From: a virus
Virus record (IMG/VR): IMGVR_UViG_3300021466_000176
Strand: one strand, 5' to 3'
DNA: 64,000 nt
Shown here piece after piece: positions 18,837-29,391 of the stretch. How positions within the stretch are numbered: position 1 is the stretch's first letter; every line of letters starts with the position of its first letter. A program made the position numbers and the translations under genes. Under the pieces are notes generated by a model. It was not told the origin of the DNA and did not search any database. It saw only the letters and a list, made by a program, of their open reading frames with translations.

Positions 18837-20177
18837 TTAGCTCCTCACAGCGTCGAGATACTCGTCTTTTCGCCAGCCTCTGAGCACTGCCCAGCCGATC
18901 TGACCTCCGTTGATTTCCCGTAAACGGATGTGATTCACGTTCTCTACATTTTCTTCGAGGTGACCATGCAGTGTGGTACCGTTGCTATTTGTTCCGACCG
19001 CAGGAACGGACGAAAACGTCGGGTAGTGATAGGAGGAATCCGTCGTTACCGGATCGGGGGCGCTGATAGTAATATCGAATGTTGCCGGTGCGTTCGGTGG
19101 GACAATGGCGATTTTCCAGTCGTCTTCGTGTTTCGTGTTGACCTTCGATTGGGAACCGCCACCGATTTTCCGGTAGAAGTAGTTGTTCGATAGTTTCTTG
19201 TTCACTCTGCATTTGAAGAGGTTGTTTCGCGGTGCCCCCTCCGGGTAATTATCGCGTTCCTGCCGCGCTACTAAACGATTTTCCAGATATAGTGTTATGT
19301 TGTACATATCATAGGGCTTCCCGTCGCCACCCTCACCGCCGGACGCGGCGTCGAATACCCAGTCTATCGGCTGTAAAAAGTTCCCGTGTTCGAAGTAATC
19401 GAGATAGGTCCAACCGTTATCCGACTGCTGTTGGGCTCTATTGAGGATACGGTCTACGTCGTACTCGTCTCCGTTTCGCAGTAGATTGTCCGAGGTGTCG
19501 GAGTGTCCAGAATTATTGGCGTAATTCGCTGTATCCGCGTATCTCGACTTCCGGACGTACCGCTTCGTGTCCCCGGTTGTGTTTGATTCCACTGCATCGT
19601 CGTACTGGGTGTTCGTATGGTCGAGAATTGAATCCCAGGTTATTGGGGAATCAAACGTTCGATTTCCATCCGGCCAGAGAACGGATGATCCGAGGATGAT
19701 CTCGTTTACCTCTGCCGTGTCGTGAGCAGTGTCCGGATGGGGGGACGGTTGGTTGTACGTCTCGGCGTTCAGGTCCACTTCAGCGATCAGTAGCGAATCA
19801 TCGTAGGGGGGCACGTCGCTCCCTGTTACTTCGATTCGGGGTGAGTTGCGAGGCGCTTCCCCAGGGGGTATCGATTGTGAGTGTGCGTAGACGTAGTTCA
19901 CTCCGGTTTCGGTGAGTTCTATGTCATCTCTCCGATCGAAGTGCATCATCATCAGGGTGTTATACCTGGGTTCGTCCACGGACACAGCCTGATATTCGTC
20001 TATCATCACCCACGCTTCCCCGCTTGATAGGGTGAGGATTGGTGGACTTGCCGTGTATTCAACACCGAGAACCTTGAGACCCCGGCGGTGGTCGGCGAGG
20101 TTGTCCTGCCCGGTCAGGGCGTCCACTTCGGCGGCGTTATCCGGGTCTTGATGCTGAATTGAACAATATTCAACCAT
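18837..20177 (-). CDS. Putative tail fibre attachment/hinge protein
   Basis: Position after baseplate wedge genes; YADTANYANNSGHSDTSDNL fibre-like repeat. Confidence 0.5.
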   Translation of the reverse strand: MVEYCSIQHQDPDNAAEVDALTGQDNLADHRRGLKVLGVEYTASPPILTLSSGEAWVMIDEYQAVSVDEPRYNTLMMMHFDRRDDIELTETGVNYVYAHSQSIPPGEAPRNSPRIEVTGSDVPPYDDSLLIAEVDLNAETYNQPSPHPDTAHDTAEVNEIILGSSVLWPDGNRTFDSPITWDSILDHTNTQYDDAVESNTTGDTKRYVRKSRYADTANYANNSGHSDTSDNLLRNGDEYDVDRILNRAQQQSDNGWTYLDYFEHGNFLQPIDWVFDAASGGEGGDGKPYDMYNITLYLENRLVARQERDNYPEGAPRNNLFKCRVNKKLSNNYFYRKIGGGSQSKVNTKHEDDWKIAIVPPNAPATFDITISAPDPVTTDSSYHYPTFSSVPAVGTNSNGTTLHGHLEENVENVNHIRLREINGGQIGWAVLRGWRKDEYLDAVRS

Positions 20178-20239
20178 CTACTTATACCTGGTTCTTACTC
20201 GTCTTACTTTGTTCATAGAAACTGTAATTTATCGCTATT

Positions 20240-20641
20240 CTACCGTTCCCTGCGAACCATATACGGCATACTCGTACGGTAGATCGTACCCGGAGTTATG
20301 GTGGTCCCCTCCGAAACATCACGGGCAACCAGCAGTCCGCCTTCCGCGCCCAACTCCGATACTATCAACCCCATCTCAGTGATCTCGGTCCCCGCTGGCA
20401 CCTCGTTACCCGCTGATATAGTTACTGAAACGATTACCCTCCGTGGGTCGTTCGGATCCGCAACCAGCGATACGTTATTGTTTTCAGTCGTCGTCCGGTG
20501 TTCTATTTGGCCGAGTGAGGTGTCTTCCGTTGATTCTCGATCCGTTCCGCTCCCGATGACAACTGTATCTATCGGAGCAGAGACAGTCCCGAGGGACATA
20601 TCCCGCAGCCACGTCTCACCGTTGTTCGTTACTGTAGTCAT
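20240..20641 (-). CDS. Baseplate/tail-fibre collar-type protein
   Basis: VTNNGETW, VIGSG and ITEMGL motifs typical of fibre-collar N-terminal domains. Confidence 0.65.
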   Translation of the reverse strand: MTTVTNNGETWLRDMSLGTVSAPIDTVVIGSGTDRESTEDTSLGQIEHRTTTENNNVSLVADPNDPRRVIVSVTISAGNEVPAGTEITEMGLIVSELGAEGGLLVARDVSEGTTITPGTIYRTSMPYMVRRER

Positions 20642-20668
20642 ATTACACTCTGTTGTTTTGTTTGCGCT

Positions 20669-21676
20669 TTACTCGCCTCCGTATCCTTCACCTTCGAATC
20701 CGAATCCACCCTCACCGAAGGCGTACGATTCATCGAAACTCGGGTCTTCTCCAGTAGTATCAGTGCGGGAAAGTTCGAGGGCTGCTGTCGTCGGACCGGG
20801 ATCGACCGAAGCGATGCTCTGGGCGGTCGTGTCGATCCGTGCGGTTCCCAACTGGATCGGGTCTCCGAATACGAAGCCTGGAGACCTACCTTCTGCCCCG
20901 ATGGACGCGCTTTTCATCCGGATCAGCCCTTCTCTTGGCGGCCCTCCGAATTCGTCGTATTCCTCACCGAACGGATCCTCTCCGTCGAAGTACCCCGCGC
21001 CGAATCCCTTGTTGGTCACCACTTCCGTTTGTCGAGTCTCTAAGTCGAACTCGAATACGGCTGGGTCGCGCCCATCTATCTCTTCAGTCGTAGACTGACT
21101 GACATCGAGAACCATTTCGGCATCCGGCCGCCGGTAGTCTATCGGTTCCCGGAGTGAAACGGCTGAGGCATCCGCGAGATCAGCTATCTCGACCGGCACG
21201 TCTGTTTCGTGTGACTCCCAATCTTTCAGCGTGAGTCCATATTGGAGGTATTCCGGATACTCTTCGGGTATTACGCTTTCGGGATCGCTCGAAATGACGG
21301 ACGCCCCGACCGCGAATTTGATGTCCTGTACGGTCCCAGTGCCTTTGAACGCGTTCGAAATTCCGAGAAGGAACTGTCTGTATGCACCATCTCCTCGTTT
21401 CCTTCGTTTCCCCACTTTTCCGTACTTTTTCCCGATCTGATCGAGATCATCTCCGCGAGCGTAGAGAATATTCGATGAGAGAGCTATACCCCCGAGTGCT
21501 CGCCCGTGTCGGTCGAATTGGTCCTGATGAGCTTGCCAAAATCGATAGAAGAGGGAATCGGTTTCGTCGGGTGTTTTCTCAGGTGCGTAATCGTGGAGTG
21601 TGAGAGTGTAGACCGACTCCGAACTATAGTATTCCAGACCCGTATCCAGTGTAACTTTATTTTCTGATTCCGACAT
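20669..21676 (-). CDS. Baseplate wedge protein (gpI-like)
   Basis: ARGDDLDQIGKKYG, DGAYRQ and GTVQDIK motifs; directly follows baseplate J. Confidence 0.75.
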   Translation of the reverse strand: MSESENKVTLDTGLEYYSSESVYTLTLHDYAPEKTPDETDSLFYRFWQAHQDQFDRHGRALGGIALSSNILYARGDDLDQIGKKYGKVGKRRKRGDGAYRQFLLGISNAFKGTGTVQDIKFAVGASVISSDPESVIPEEYPEYLQYGLTLKDWESHETDVPVEIADLADASAVSLREPIDYRRPDAEMVLDVSQSTTEEIDGRDPAVFEFDLETRQTEVVTNKGFGAGYFDGEDPFGEEYDEFGGPPREGLIRMKSASIGAEGRSPGFVFGDPIQLGTARIDTTAQSIASVDPGPTTAALELSRTDTTGEDPSFDESYAFGEGGFGFEGEGYGGE

Positions 21677-21678
21677 AA

Positions 21679-22911
21679 TCAGTTAGGAGGGTCCTCGATG
21701 GTTATATTCATCATACCGGGGGTTATTTTCTCCCGTCTGTTGATTATCATGTCGGGTCCTACATCCGTCCCGTCTTCAGTTATCCTAATGGTATCAGTAT
21801 CTATTATGTCCCTATCGAAGCTCATCAGTGTAAACCCGATCTGACCACTGTAGAGGTTCTCTCCGAGGGAAAGCGAACCGACGTGATTAGCGAGTACGAT
21901 TTCGAGATCGGATATATCGATATCCCCTTTCGAACCGACGACTGTAACGTCGATATCGACGTTGTGTATGGTCGGACGATAGACCGGATGGCCGACGCCG
22001 AACGGTTTCGCTTTATCGACAGCGCCCTGTAGTTCGGGTATCGTATACTCGGGTGCATCGATGATTACCTCCCCGTATGGGGCACCATCGTACGGCCCAG
22101 GGTCGGGGTCGTCGTTTGATCCGGGGTTATTGTGCTCGATTAACTCGATGTCTTTTTGTTCCACCCTATCGAGCAGTTCCTCGACGCGGCCTCTGATTCC
22201 ACTTTCCGTCCCGCCGCCGGAGCGTTCAGTGATGTAGTTCTGTGCTCGCTTGCGGAGTTCATCGTTTGACTCCTCGAACTCTCCGCCGGAGATGGGATCG
22301 TTGTTTATAACGAATCTGTCGCCGGAGACGTTGCCATCTCCGATGTTAGATACCTGTCCGACGCCGACGTTATATGTGTCTCCGATCTCTTCAGCTTCAA
22401 TTGGCACTCTCACCGTCGAGGAGTCGGGATCCCCAGTTCGTTGCTCCGTGGAGTAATACGAGAGGAAATTTCCCCTGTCGTCCGGGTCAGTGCGAAACTC
22501 CGTATTCGGCTCTATGACGTTTCCTGTGGTAGTGAAGTGGACAGTGACATGACCTGTCGCTTTGTAGCCCGGGTTTCTCGATATTCCTATTTCCTCGACC
22601 TTTGCGTTGAGGTCCTCATCATCCATGTAGGAGTTGAGAATATCGAAATCGATCCAGGAGGTATCGTATTCGGGATCTATATCGAGCAGTTGCTCTTCGT
22701 CTACCGGCCCCCCGGCGGTCGCTATCCACCCGGAGAGTTGCATTGCGAGGGTCGCGTGATCACGCTCGACTTCGTGACCCGCATACATCCCATCGATAAT
22801 CGTGTGGTTGAAGCTACCCGGAACGTAATTCGTGAGCTTCTTCGTGCGTCCCTCCGTAGAACTCCGTAGCGCCTCGAAGTGCTCGTCTCTATCGTGTCCT
22901 TGAAATGGCAT
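21679..22911 (-). CDS. Baseplate J/gp47-like protein
   Basis: KATGHVTV, VPIEAEEIGDTYN, GGEFEESNDELRKR, GGTESG motifs. Confidence 0.9.
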   Translation of the reverse strand: MPFQGHDRDEHFEALRSSTEGRTKKLTNYVPGSFNHTIIDGMYAGHEVERDHATLAMQLSGWIATAGGPVDEEQLLDIDPEYDTSWIDFDILNSYMDDEDLNAKVEEIGISRNPGYKATGHVTVHFTTTGNVIEPNTEFRTDPDDRGNFLSYYSTEQRTGDPDSSTVRVPIEAEEIGDTYNVGVGQVSNIGDGNVSGDRFVINNDPISGGEFEESNDELRKRAQNYITERSGGGTESGIRGRVEELLDRVEQKDIELIEHNNPGSNDDPDPGPYDGAPYGEVIIDAPEYTIPELQGAVDKAKPFGVGHPVYRPTIHNVDIDVTVVGSKGDIDISDLEIVLANHVGSLSLGENLYSGQIGFTLMSFDRDIIDTDTIRITEDGTDVGPDMIINRREKITPGMMNITIEDPPN

Positions 22912-22928
22912 CGTGAATCATGAATTTC

Positions 22929-23423
22929 TCAGCTTGTGAATACGGGAATCACGTCCCTGTGGAAACGGTCGGATTCCGAGTCGATGGCTATCTCAACGGG
23001 TATCGTGTCCGGATCGGTGGCGTCGTCCAACACGCTCACGTTATTGATATAGTACACCCGCTGGTCGTCGCGGACGATCCGTTTGATTTCTACCTCTAAA
23101 TCCGCCCTCGCATCGGCTGTATTCAGGAATCCAATGATGTTGTCCGATTGGGTGGTCGTGCGCCACGCGATGTCCTTTCCGAGTTCGTCGCGGCCCGCAA
23201 ACCCCATCAAATCTCCCGTGTTATCGACTTTGAAATCCCACGGATATCGGTCGTTTTCGAGGATGTCAGTTCGATTTGTCAGTCCCCACCCACTGCCGAG
23301 AGCGTCTAACTCGGATGGGGTTATCTCACGGTCAAGCGGGACTCTCTGTGCGCCTCGTTCCCGGAGGGGGCGTTCGCTAACACCGTAGCTAAACTCTCCC
23401 CATGTAAATTCACCATAAATCAT
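22929..23423 (-). CDS. Baseplate wedge/sheath initiator (gp25/gpW-like)
   Basis: DFKVDNTGDL and EIKRIVRDDQRV; immediately upstream of J. Confidence 0.7.
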   Translation of the reverse strand: MIYGEFTWGEFSYGVSERPLRERGAQRVPLDREITPSELDALGSGWGLTNRTDILENDRYPWDFKVDNTGDLMGFAGRDELGKDIAWRTTTQSDNIIGFLNTADARADLEVEIKRIVRDDQRVYYINNVSVLDDATDPDTIPVEIAIDSESDRFHRDVIPVFTS

Positions 23424-23429
23424 GCTACA

Positions 23430-24260
23430 TCACAACTTTACCCAAGAACCCTCTTCGTAACCGTAGAAACCGGCAACACCATCCGCTCCGGGATCCCAAC
23501 CGACCCCATCCGCGTATTCGACTTGTCCGTTCGATGGGTTCGATGGCGCTTGAGTTGTCGGGTCGATGTCGAGGCCGTTCCCGTCTCTATTCCCGTTTCC
23601 GGTGCCTGAGACGAGCGCGTTATGGAACTGTCCGGTTTGATCGAAAACCCCGCTCGGAAGCCGTATTCCGTCCTCGTTTGGTCTCGCTTCGATCCGCGAT
23701 ACTTCGTTGGGGCCGGTGAATCGGTATTTACCGCCCGGACTCCAGTTCTCGACCCATCCGGTGTCTTTCAGGTACACGATCAGTGAATCTATCGAGATCG
23801 AACTCCCGGAGAACACTGATTCGACCCGGATGGTCGATACTGGAAGCGGATAGAAGCCGCTCACGTACTCGCCGTCGGCTCGCAGGTCCCGCCCGTCCCC
23901 TGAGAGGGCTACCTTCGCGGAGGTCTTCCCGTCCAGTGTGAGGTCGTGTGTGCGCTGGTATATTTGGGTGGTTACGGGACCGTACACTGAACTAAGTGTA
24001 AAGGTCAGTGTTTCACTCGCGGAAGAGGTGGTCGTGTTCTGTATATCGAGTTCGATTCTGGATAACAGTGTATCGTCGTTGTTCCCTGGAGCGAACTCGT
24101 ACGCGCCGGGGGTATCCACTTCCTGTAACACCGTCCCTTTCGTATCCGAATCGCCGAGGGCTATCTGTTCAAGCGGTGTGCCACGTTCCGATCCGTCTTG
24201 TGGAGGGCCTAAACGACGCTTCTGTGACGATATGTTGTCGAAATTCCATCCTGATGTCAT
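23430..24260 (-). CDS. Hypothetical virion protein
   Basis: Segment IELDIQNTTTSSASETLT resembles IEVTIENNTSSAATEDIT of 49434..51587; C-terminus APSNPSNGQVEYADG..GSWVKL is fibre-like. Confidence 0.55.
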   Translation of the reverse strand: MTSGWNFDNISSQKRRLGPPQDGSERGTPLEQIALGDSDTKGTVLQEVDTPGAYEFAPGNNDDTLLSRIELDIQNTTTSSASETLTFTLSSVYGPVTTQIYQRTHDLTLDGKTSAKVALSGDGRDLRADGEYVSGFYPLPVSTIRVESVFSGSSISIDSLIVYLKDTGWVENWSPGGKYRFTGPNEVSRIEARPNEDGIRLPSGVFDQTGQFHNALVSGTGNGNRDGNGLDIDPTTQAPSNPSNGQVEYADGVGWDPGADGVAGFYGYEEGSWVKL

Positions 24261-25549
24261 TAAATGTCGCCTCCATCGTCGGTCGGCGGTCCGGTAAGCG
24301 TGTCCGGATAGGTCGCTGATAAGTCAACGTCCGGAATACCGACCTCCCGGACCGGCGCGCTGAGTGTCAGCCGGGTACCTCGATTCGTTACTCCGGATGA
24401 GGGCACCGAAAGTGGTGTTCGATCACCCGGACGTTCGATAACCGAGCCGAACAGTGTCACCCCTCGTCCGGCAACCGATACCGCTCGTCCGCTCGTTGTA
24501 TCCCCAATCCCATAGAACCGATCCAATCCGACATCCGCGTTGTTCAGATCGCTTCTATAGGGTGGATCGAACCTCACTGCCGGGAAACCACCCGAATCCA
24601 CTCTCCCATCAGAGCGCGAGATTCGCGTTGTGAGAGCAGTTTCGGTTCCGTAGAAGCAAGACCCTATCACTGGTTCGGACCCCACAGGCCGGATGATATA
24701 CGCTACACAACGGTCTACAGTAGCTCCTTCTTTCGATCGCCTGAACAAGTCGGTGGTAGTTTCGAACCGCACCCCATCGAGTTGGGTATAGGCGTCCGTC
24801 GAGAGCGCAGTGTCAGTTGTGGCACCCACCGGATCGATACCGATTATGGTTTTCTCGATCGAATCATTCGGTGAACCAACTCGGATTTGAGCAACGTTGT
24901 TGTTTACAGACTCACACTCATTGATCTCTATTGTTCCTTGAGATCCATACCCGTCTATACCTGGACCCGAGAACTCCCGAAACGTAGAGTTCTCTATAAT
25001 CGCTTGACCGTAATGATCCGAACCGATCCGTACTCCGGGCCGTCCGCCGTTTTCGGAGTCACCTATTGAATCCGCTGACCATAGTGATCCATGTTTGCAA
25101 AGTATGGAGTCGAGAACGACCGTTGCGTTCGAATCAGTACCTGCTATATCGAACACTGATCCGGTTGCTGCATCGGAGTCGTCCCGGCCCGTCAACGCCA
25201 TATCCGTAATCGAGGCGAACCGTCCGGCGCGAATCCGTAGTCGTGGGGACGCTCCGGGAGAGGACCTATCGATATCGATACCTTCTATCGAAACTTTCCC
25301 TTCTATGTCGATCCAGATTCCGGAGTAATCTCCCGGAGCGACGAATGTGGGGTCGGAAGGGAGTTCGGCTTTGATTTCACATCCTACTTCGGGTTCGAGT
25401 TCGTGAGTGGAATCTGAAAAGGTGTAGTCTCCTTGGGGTACTGAGACTTGGAACCGGCGGTCGATACTGTTCATCTGATCGAAGACGCCATCCGAGACGG
25501 AGTTCCCGGATGGGTCCGCTCCGAGATCGTCAACGAAATCGAGTACCAT
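24260..25549 (-). CDS. Beta-helix (pectin-lyase-like fold) protein
   Basis: VDDLGADPSG start, VPQGDYTF, NNNVAQIRVG; paralogous to neighbouring beta-helix ORFs. Confidence 0.7.
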   Translation of the reverse strand: MVLDFVDDLGADPSGNSVSDGVFDQMNSIDRRFQVSVPQGDYTFSDSTHELEPEVGCEIKAELPSDPTFVAPGDYSGIWIDIEGKVSIEGIDIDRSSPGASPRLRIRAGRFASITDMALTGRDDSDAATGSVFDIAGTDSNATVVLDSILCKHGSLWSADSIGDSENGGRPGVRIGSDHYGQAIIENSTFREFSGPGIDGYGSQGTIEINECESVNNNVAQIRVGSPNDSIEKTIIGIDPVGATTDTALSTDAYTQLDGVRFETTTDLFRRSKEGATVDRCVAYIIRPVGSEPVIGSCFYGTETALTTRISRSDGRVDSGGFPAVRFDPPYRSDLNNADVGLDRFYGIGDTTSGRAVSVAGRGVTLFGSVIERPGDRTPLSVPSSGVTNRGTRLTLSAPVREVGIPDVDLSATYPDTLTGPPTDDGGDI

Positions 25550-26509
25550 TTAGACGCCTCCTGATGCTTCTTTCGCCGATAGTGGCGCTCCTGTCGGAGG
25601 GCTTAGATTGACCGATGGGGTCACGGTTAGGCCTCCTTTATCGCCGTTCCACGTCGTTGTGACCGTATCTCGCAGCGAGACTTTGTTCGACCCGCCATCA
25701 AATATGCAGTTCTTTAGTTCCGCATGGACTGGTGGTACGTCCCCACCTGGATCTTGGTTCGGGCCGACTCTGATGTATACGTTGCTCACGTTTCCGGCTT
25801 TTGAGTTTATGTAGCGCCCAGTTTGCCATCGCTGCCAGAAACCGAGCAGTCCCGTTGAACTCCCATCGACAACAGTATCTTTGATGTAGCTTCCATCGCT
25901 CCCCATTCTGAACCCTATATCGCTGCAATTTAGGGCATAGCTACCTTCTACTTCTATTACACCGCCAGCACCTGTAGTGGAGAATCCAGGAGGCGCACCA
26001 GGTGCTGCTGCGTCGAGACCGTCGGAATCACTCACGTTTTCGGCAGTATAATTGATGATCGTGAGTAGGCCGGCGTGATCCGGATTCACGAACGCTGCCG
26101 GAGTGCCGGTCGCTTCCACCCCGCCGATATAGACGTTTTCGACCACCCCGGAACCGTCTGACCCGTTCACCTGGAGGTCGAGCCCCTGGTTCGTGATCGG
26201 GCCTTCGAACCCGACGTTTCGGATGATCCAGTTATCACCGTTTGCAACGATACGTCCGTTCCCAGTTATTCGCTTGTTAGCAATCGCCTGCCCACCGCCG
26301 ATTGTGATATCGCCCGGCGAATCGAGCACTTCCGGGTTCGAATTCGCGTCCAGATCATCTACTTTGGTATCCACTAACTCGTTCTCTGAGGCGATCGAAT
26401 CGACCGGGGATTTTTGCGCTGTTTGACCCGGAGGACTCCCGGATTGCTGGGTCACAAGCGGTATTCCACCTCCAGTTACGAACGAACAATTTCCGGTGTC
26501 CGGGCTCAT
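25550..26509 (-). CDS. Beta-helix protein
   Basis: IRNVGFEG, VENVYIG, FVNPDHAG, GFRMGSDGS; paralogous to 43494..44765. Confidence 0.7.
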   Translation of the reverse strand: MSPDTGNCSFVTGGGIPLVTQQSGSPPGQTAQKSPVDSIASENELVDTKVDDLDANSNPEVLDSPGDITIGGGQAIANKRITGNGRIVANGDNWIIRNVGFEGPITNQGLDLQVNGSDGSGVVENVYIGGVEATGTPAAFVNPDHAGLLTIINYTAENVSDSDGLDAAAPGAPPGFSTTGAGGVIEVEGSYALNCSDIGFRMGSDGSYIKDTVVDGSSTGLLGFWQRWQTGRYINSKAGNVSNVYIRVGPNQDPGGDVPPVHAELKNCIFDGGSNKVSLRDTVTTTWNGDKGGLTVTPSVNLSPPTGAPLSAKEASGGV

Positions 26510-26512
26510 GAC

Positions 26513-28234
26513 TTATCCTCTCCTCGGGTTCGGATCGGCTGGAGTTGCATTGCTTCCTCGAACCGATCCGGTGAGGTCAGCTCCTACGACATCCAGATCC
26601 CCGGAACCGCTGAACTGATTCCCGGAGCCTGTAACGTTACCCTCTTCCGCACGGATGGGTGGTGTCTGAATATTATTAGTGAATCTGCAATTTTTGACAC
26701 TGACTGACTTGACGGTCTCCGATGCTGATCCGCCACCGATCGTCAGTGCGCCACCGTCCTCGCTTTGAATGAAATCACAGTCCTCGATGAGGATCTCACG
26801 GGCATTATCGCGTACCCAGATCCCGCGCTGGTTGATATTCCCGTTGTGGTAGCTCGTCGCGTTTGCCGTCTGGTCGTTGATGATGGTGACCGATCGGGCG
26901 ACTGATCCGGAGCCACCCATCCTGAGCGGAGCGACGTTGGAATTCCGATAGAGACCGCCCTCCGCTATCACTCGTCCGCCCTTCCCACCGTTCGAATCTA
27001 TCCCGGGTGCTGATCCATAGACGCCGTTGTCAGTGTACCCACCACCTACAAGCAGGTTTCGAAGATATATGGTTCCTGAATGTGAGGTAGGAACGAACAT
27101 CGCACCGTTCCGTTCGTCGCTCGATCCACCGTCTCCCATATGGACGTTCCTGAATACGAGACTCGATTGTTTGTCCTGAACGGCCGGAGTGAACCACCGA
27201 TTGACGTTTTTCACTCCCTTCATCGTTATATTGCTGAAATATACCGATGAGTCACCGCCTTTCGTTACCCGTATCCTGTTTTCGACATCGTTCTCGTTTC
27301 CCGCGTTGAGAACTATCTGCCCCGCTCCCTGTTGACTGCCACCGTCGAATTGAGCATCCGCTGGCTCATCTATCGGATCCCCGGTGACGCTTCCGGCGAC
27401 GGAGGGAGGCATCAAGCCAGTATTATAGAGTTCATTCGGAATACCGCCACCGTCCCACTGGTAGTTCCCTGGTTCTACGATTGCGAGTGTCCCAGGGTTG
27501 AAATAATCATCGAGATACCCATCGATCGTATCACCCTGGGAGAGCCCCTCCTCGTTCAGGTTCACTCTGTTTTGCGTATTCGGGAGCGGGAACTCACGGA
27601 ACGGTTCCCCGCTTTCCCAGTTTACAGGGCCGTTCGTCGCCCCCGGAGAGTAGACCTCGCTTTGGGTAGCTCCAGCGACTCCAGAAAGGCTTATTCCACC
27701 CTCCCCATCGCAACACAATCCGTTGAATACTCCATCGTATATCTCGAAACTTCCCCGTTCGAGGTTGATGACGAGTCCGAAATCCAAATCGCCTCTGTCG
27801 TCTTCCCGGCTACCAATCCGGATTACCCGCTCGCCGTCTTCCGTAACGGCTGACTCGATAGTTGCCCCATCCTCGAATCGCTGCATCCACTCGTTTTCCT
27901 TGGCGAGTGGTGCTTCGTTCTCCACAGTGTGAAGCACACAATCAACATACGCTTTCCTATTCGATTGTCGATCCGGCGACGTAATAACGTTGAGGCCGAC
28001 GTATTGATTCTTCTGGATGCTCGGGGATTCGTTGTAGCGTCCGGTAGCGATCTGCGTTCTCGGGTACAGCTCTCCTGTGATGAGCGATCTCACGTCCACT
28101 TCGCCTTGACTATCTGGTTCGATTGGGGGATAAGTCTCTTCTACGACCCCGGGGACCACACCCATAGATGTAGTCTCCCGTATGACCTGTTTTATGAAAC
28201 CACGGTCCGTTTTCGGGTCGTCGCGCTCTATCAC
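26513..28234 (-). CDS. Baseplate central spike (gpV/gp5-like N-terminus) fused to a beta-helix domain
   Basis: GTG 28234 overlaps the hub-gene stop (GTGA). Position after hub; N-terminus GVVEE..VDVRS..PSIQKNQYVGL is OB-like; C-terminus has beta-helix motifs (DNGVYGSAPG, NSNVAPLRMG, QRGIWVR). Confidence 0.7.
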   Translation of the reverse strand: MIERDDPKTDRGFIKQVIRETTSMGVVPGVVEETYPPIEPDSQGEVDVRSLITGELYPRTQIATGRYNESPSIQKNQYVGLNVITSPDRQSNRKAYVDCVLHTVENEAPLAKENEWMQRFEDGATIESAVTEDGERVIRIGSREDDRGDLDFGLVINLERGSFEIYDGVFNGLCCDGEGGISLSGVAGATQSEVYSPGATNGPVNWESGEPFREFPLPNTQNRVNLNEEGLSQGDTIDGYLDDYFNPGTLAIVEPGNYQWDGGGIPNELYNTGLMPPSVAGSVTGDPIDEPADAQFDGGSQQGAGQIVLNAGNENDVENRIRVTKGGDSSVYFSNITMKGVKNVNRWFTPAVQDKQSSLVFRNVHMGDGGSSDERNGAMFVPTSHSGTIYLRNLLVGGGYTDNGVYGSAPGIDSNGGKGGRVIAEGGLYRNSNVAPLRMGGSGSVARSVTIINDQTANATSYHNGNINQRGIWVRDNAREILIEDCDFIQSEDGGALTIGGGSASETVKSVSVKNCRFTNNIQTPPIRAEEGNVTGSGNQFSGSGDLDVVGADLTGSVRGSNATPADPNPRRG

Positions 28235-29391
28235 GTTTGGCCTCCGGCTGTCTCTTCGGCAGTTTGAGTGGTGTCGGTTCCAGTATCCGCTCCTTGTCTC
28301 GTTTCCGAGCGGGTCGGGATCTCCGCCGTGGCGCTGATGAGCCCTCCGGGTTCTATTTCGGTTGTGTACCCGGAGGGGTGGTCGAACTTGTGTGTCAGCG
28401 AGGAGACCAGATACTTCGCTCCTCCCAACCACGACGGCATTTTCACGCCATCGAAAACCCGGAGTGTGGGGTCGCCCGGGATCTCTATTTTCCCGCCGAC
28501 TCTCGAACGGAGTAATTCCTCGTAGATCCCCTTTGCTGCCTTTTCAGCGAACTCCTCCTCACGGATAGTCGGATCGGGGTGGATGAACACACGGTCCCCA
28601 TCGCTTGTAGATCCAGCGTACCCCACTACCCTCTGTGTTGAGAGTTGATGCGACCCCGGTCCGAGCTTTCCATCCGTAGTGGGTATTTTCGATCCGCCCT
28701 TGACGATAACTCCATCATAAGGGGGTTCTCTAAGTGCTGGGTCGGCTTCGATTACGTCTAACAACTCGACTACCTCCCTCGAAATGGATTGTGGAGACTC
28801 CGGTTTTATGTCGTCTGACGTAGCAAGTACGAGCCTGTCGTACTCATCGATGTAGTATATCCAGTTTATTTTCTCACACAGTGAGTCGATTATAGACCAC
28901 GCGGTTTCCTCGTTGTACGGTATTGGAGGTGCAGTAGGTTGCTCTTCCGGAGGTGTTGTAACGACTGATCCCGATTGGAAAACTTCGACTCCGGCCGCAT
29001 CGCAAACGTCCGCGATGACTTCTATCGCCCGGTTTTCGCTGAAATTCCGCGATATAGTTTCCCGCTTGAGTTTCTTCACCGAGTCGATTGCTTGAACCTC
29101 GGTGAGCACTCCATCAACGGGCTTTACAGTATTGATAGTTCCAGTTCCGACCGTCGTTCCCATCACCGAGAGGGTCAGTTTCTGGTCTTTCGTCGGAAGC
29201 TGGTCGGTCTGTCCGGTAACGTTCAACATCCCGGCTTGATCGTATAAGTTCGTCTCGAACTCGAATTCGGTTAGCCAGACCGGACGGCGTTGGTCGCTAA
29301 TGGACTCAGCGGATGCGCTTCCGGTCGCTACATCCACCACAGTGCCGTCGTCTACAGCGACTGCGCTCCCCCGGACTCTCTGGAATGTCAT
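28231..29391 (-). CDS. Baseplate hub / late control D-like protein
   Basis: EVIADVC, ETAWSIIDSLCEK, IPGDPTLR, YLVSSLTHKFD..GYTTEIE motifs. Confidence 0.8.
   Translation of the reverse strand: MTFQRVRGSAVAVDDGTVVDVATGSASAESISDQRRPVWLTEFEFETNLYDQAGMLNVTGQTDQLPTKDQKLTLSVMGTTVGTGTINTVKPVDGVLTEVQAIDSVKKLKRETISRNFSENRAIEVIADVCDAAGVEVFQSGSVVTTPPEEQPTAPPIPYNEETAWSIIDSLCEKINWIYYIDEYDRLVLATSDDIKPESPQSISREVVELLDVIEADPALREPPYDGVIVKGGSKIPTTDGKLGPGSHQLSTQRVVGYAGSTSDGDRVFIHPDPTIREEEFAEKAAKGIYEELLRSRVGGKIEIPGDPTLRVFDGVKMPSWLGGAKYLVSSLTHKFDHPSGYTTEIEPGGLISATAEIPTRSETRQGADTGTDTTQTAEETAGGQT

Noticed and set aside
9539-20177. phiCh1-type invertible tail-fibre cassette or diversity-generating retroelement
   Set aside because: All fibre genes are co-oriented; no recombinase, reverse transcriptase or near-identical nucleotide repeats noticed. 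Paralogy is only at the protein level.
28235-28432. N-terminal 66 aa of the predicted 639-aa spike ORF
   Set aside because: Overlaps the hub gene in another frame and is Arg-rich; the GTGA overlap at 28231-28234 is a better start.
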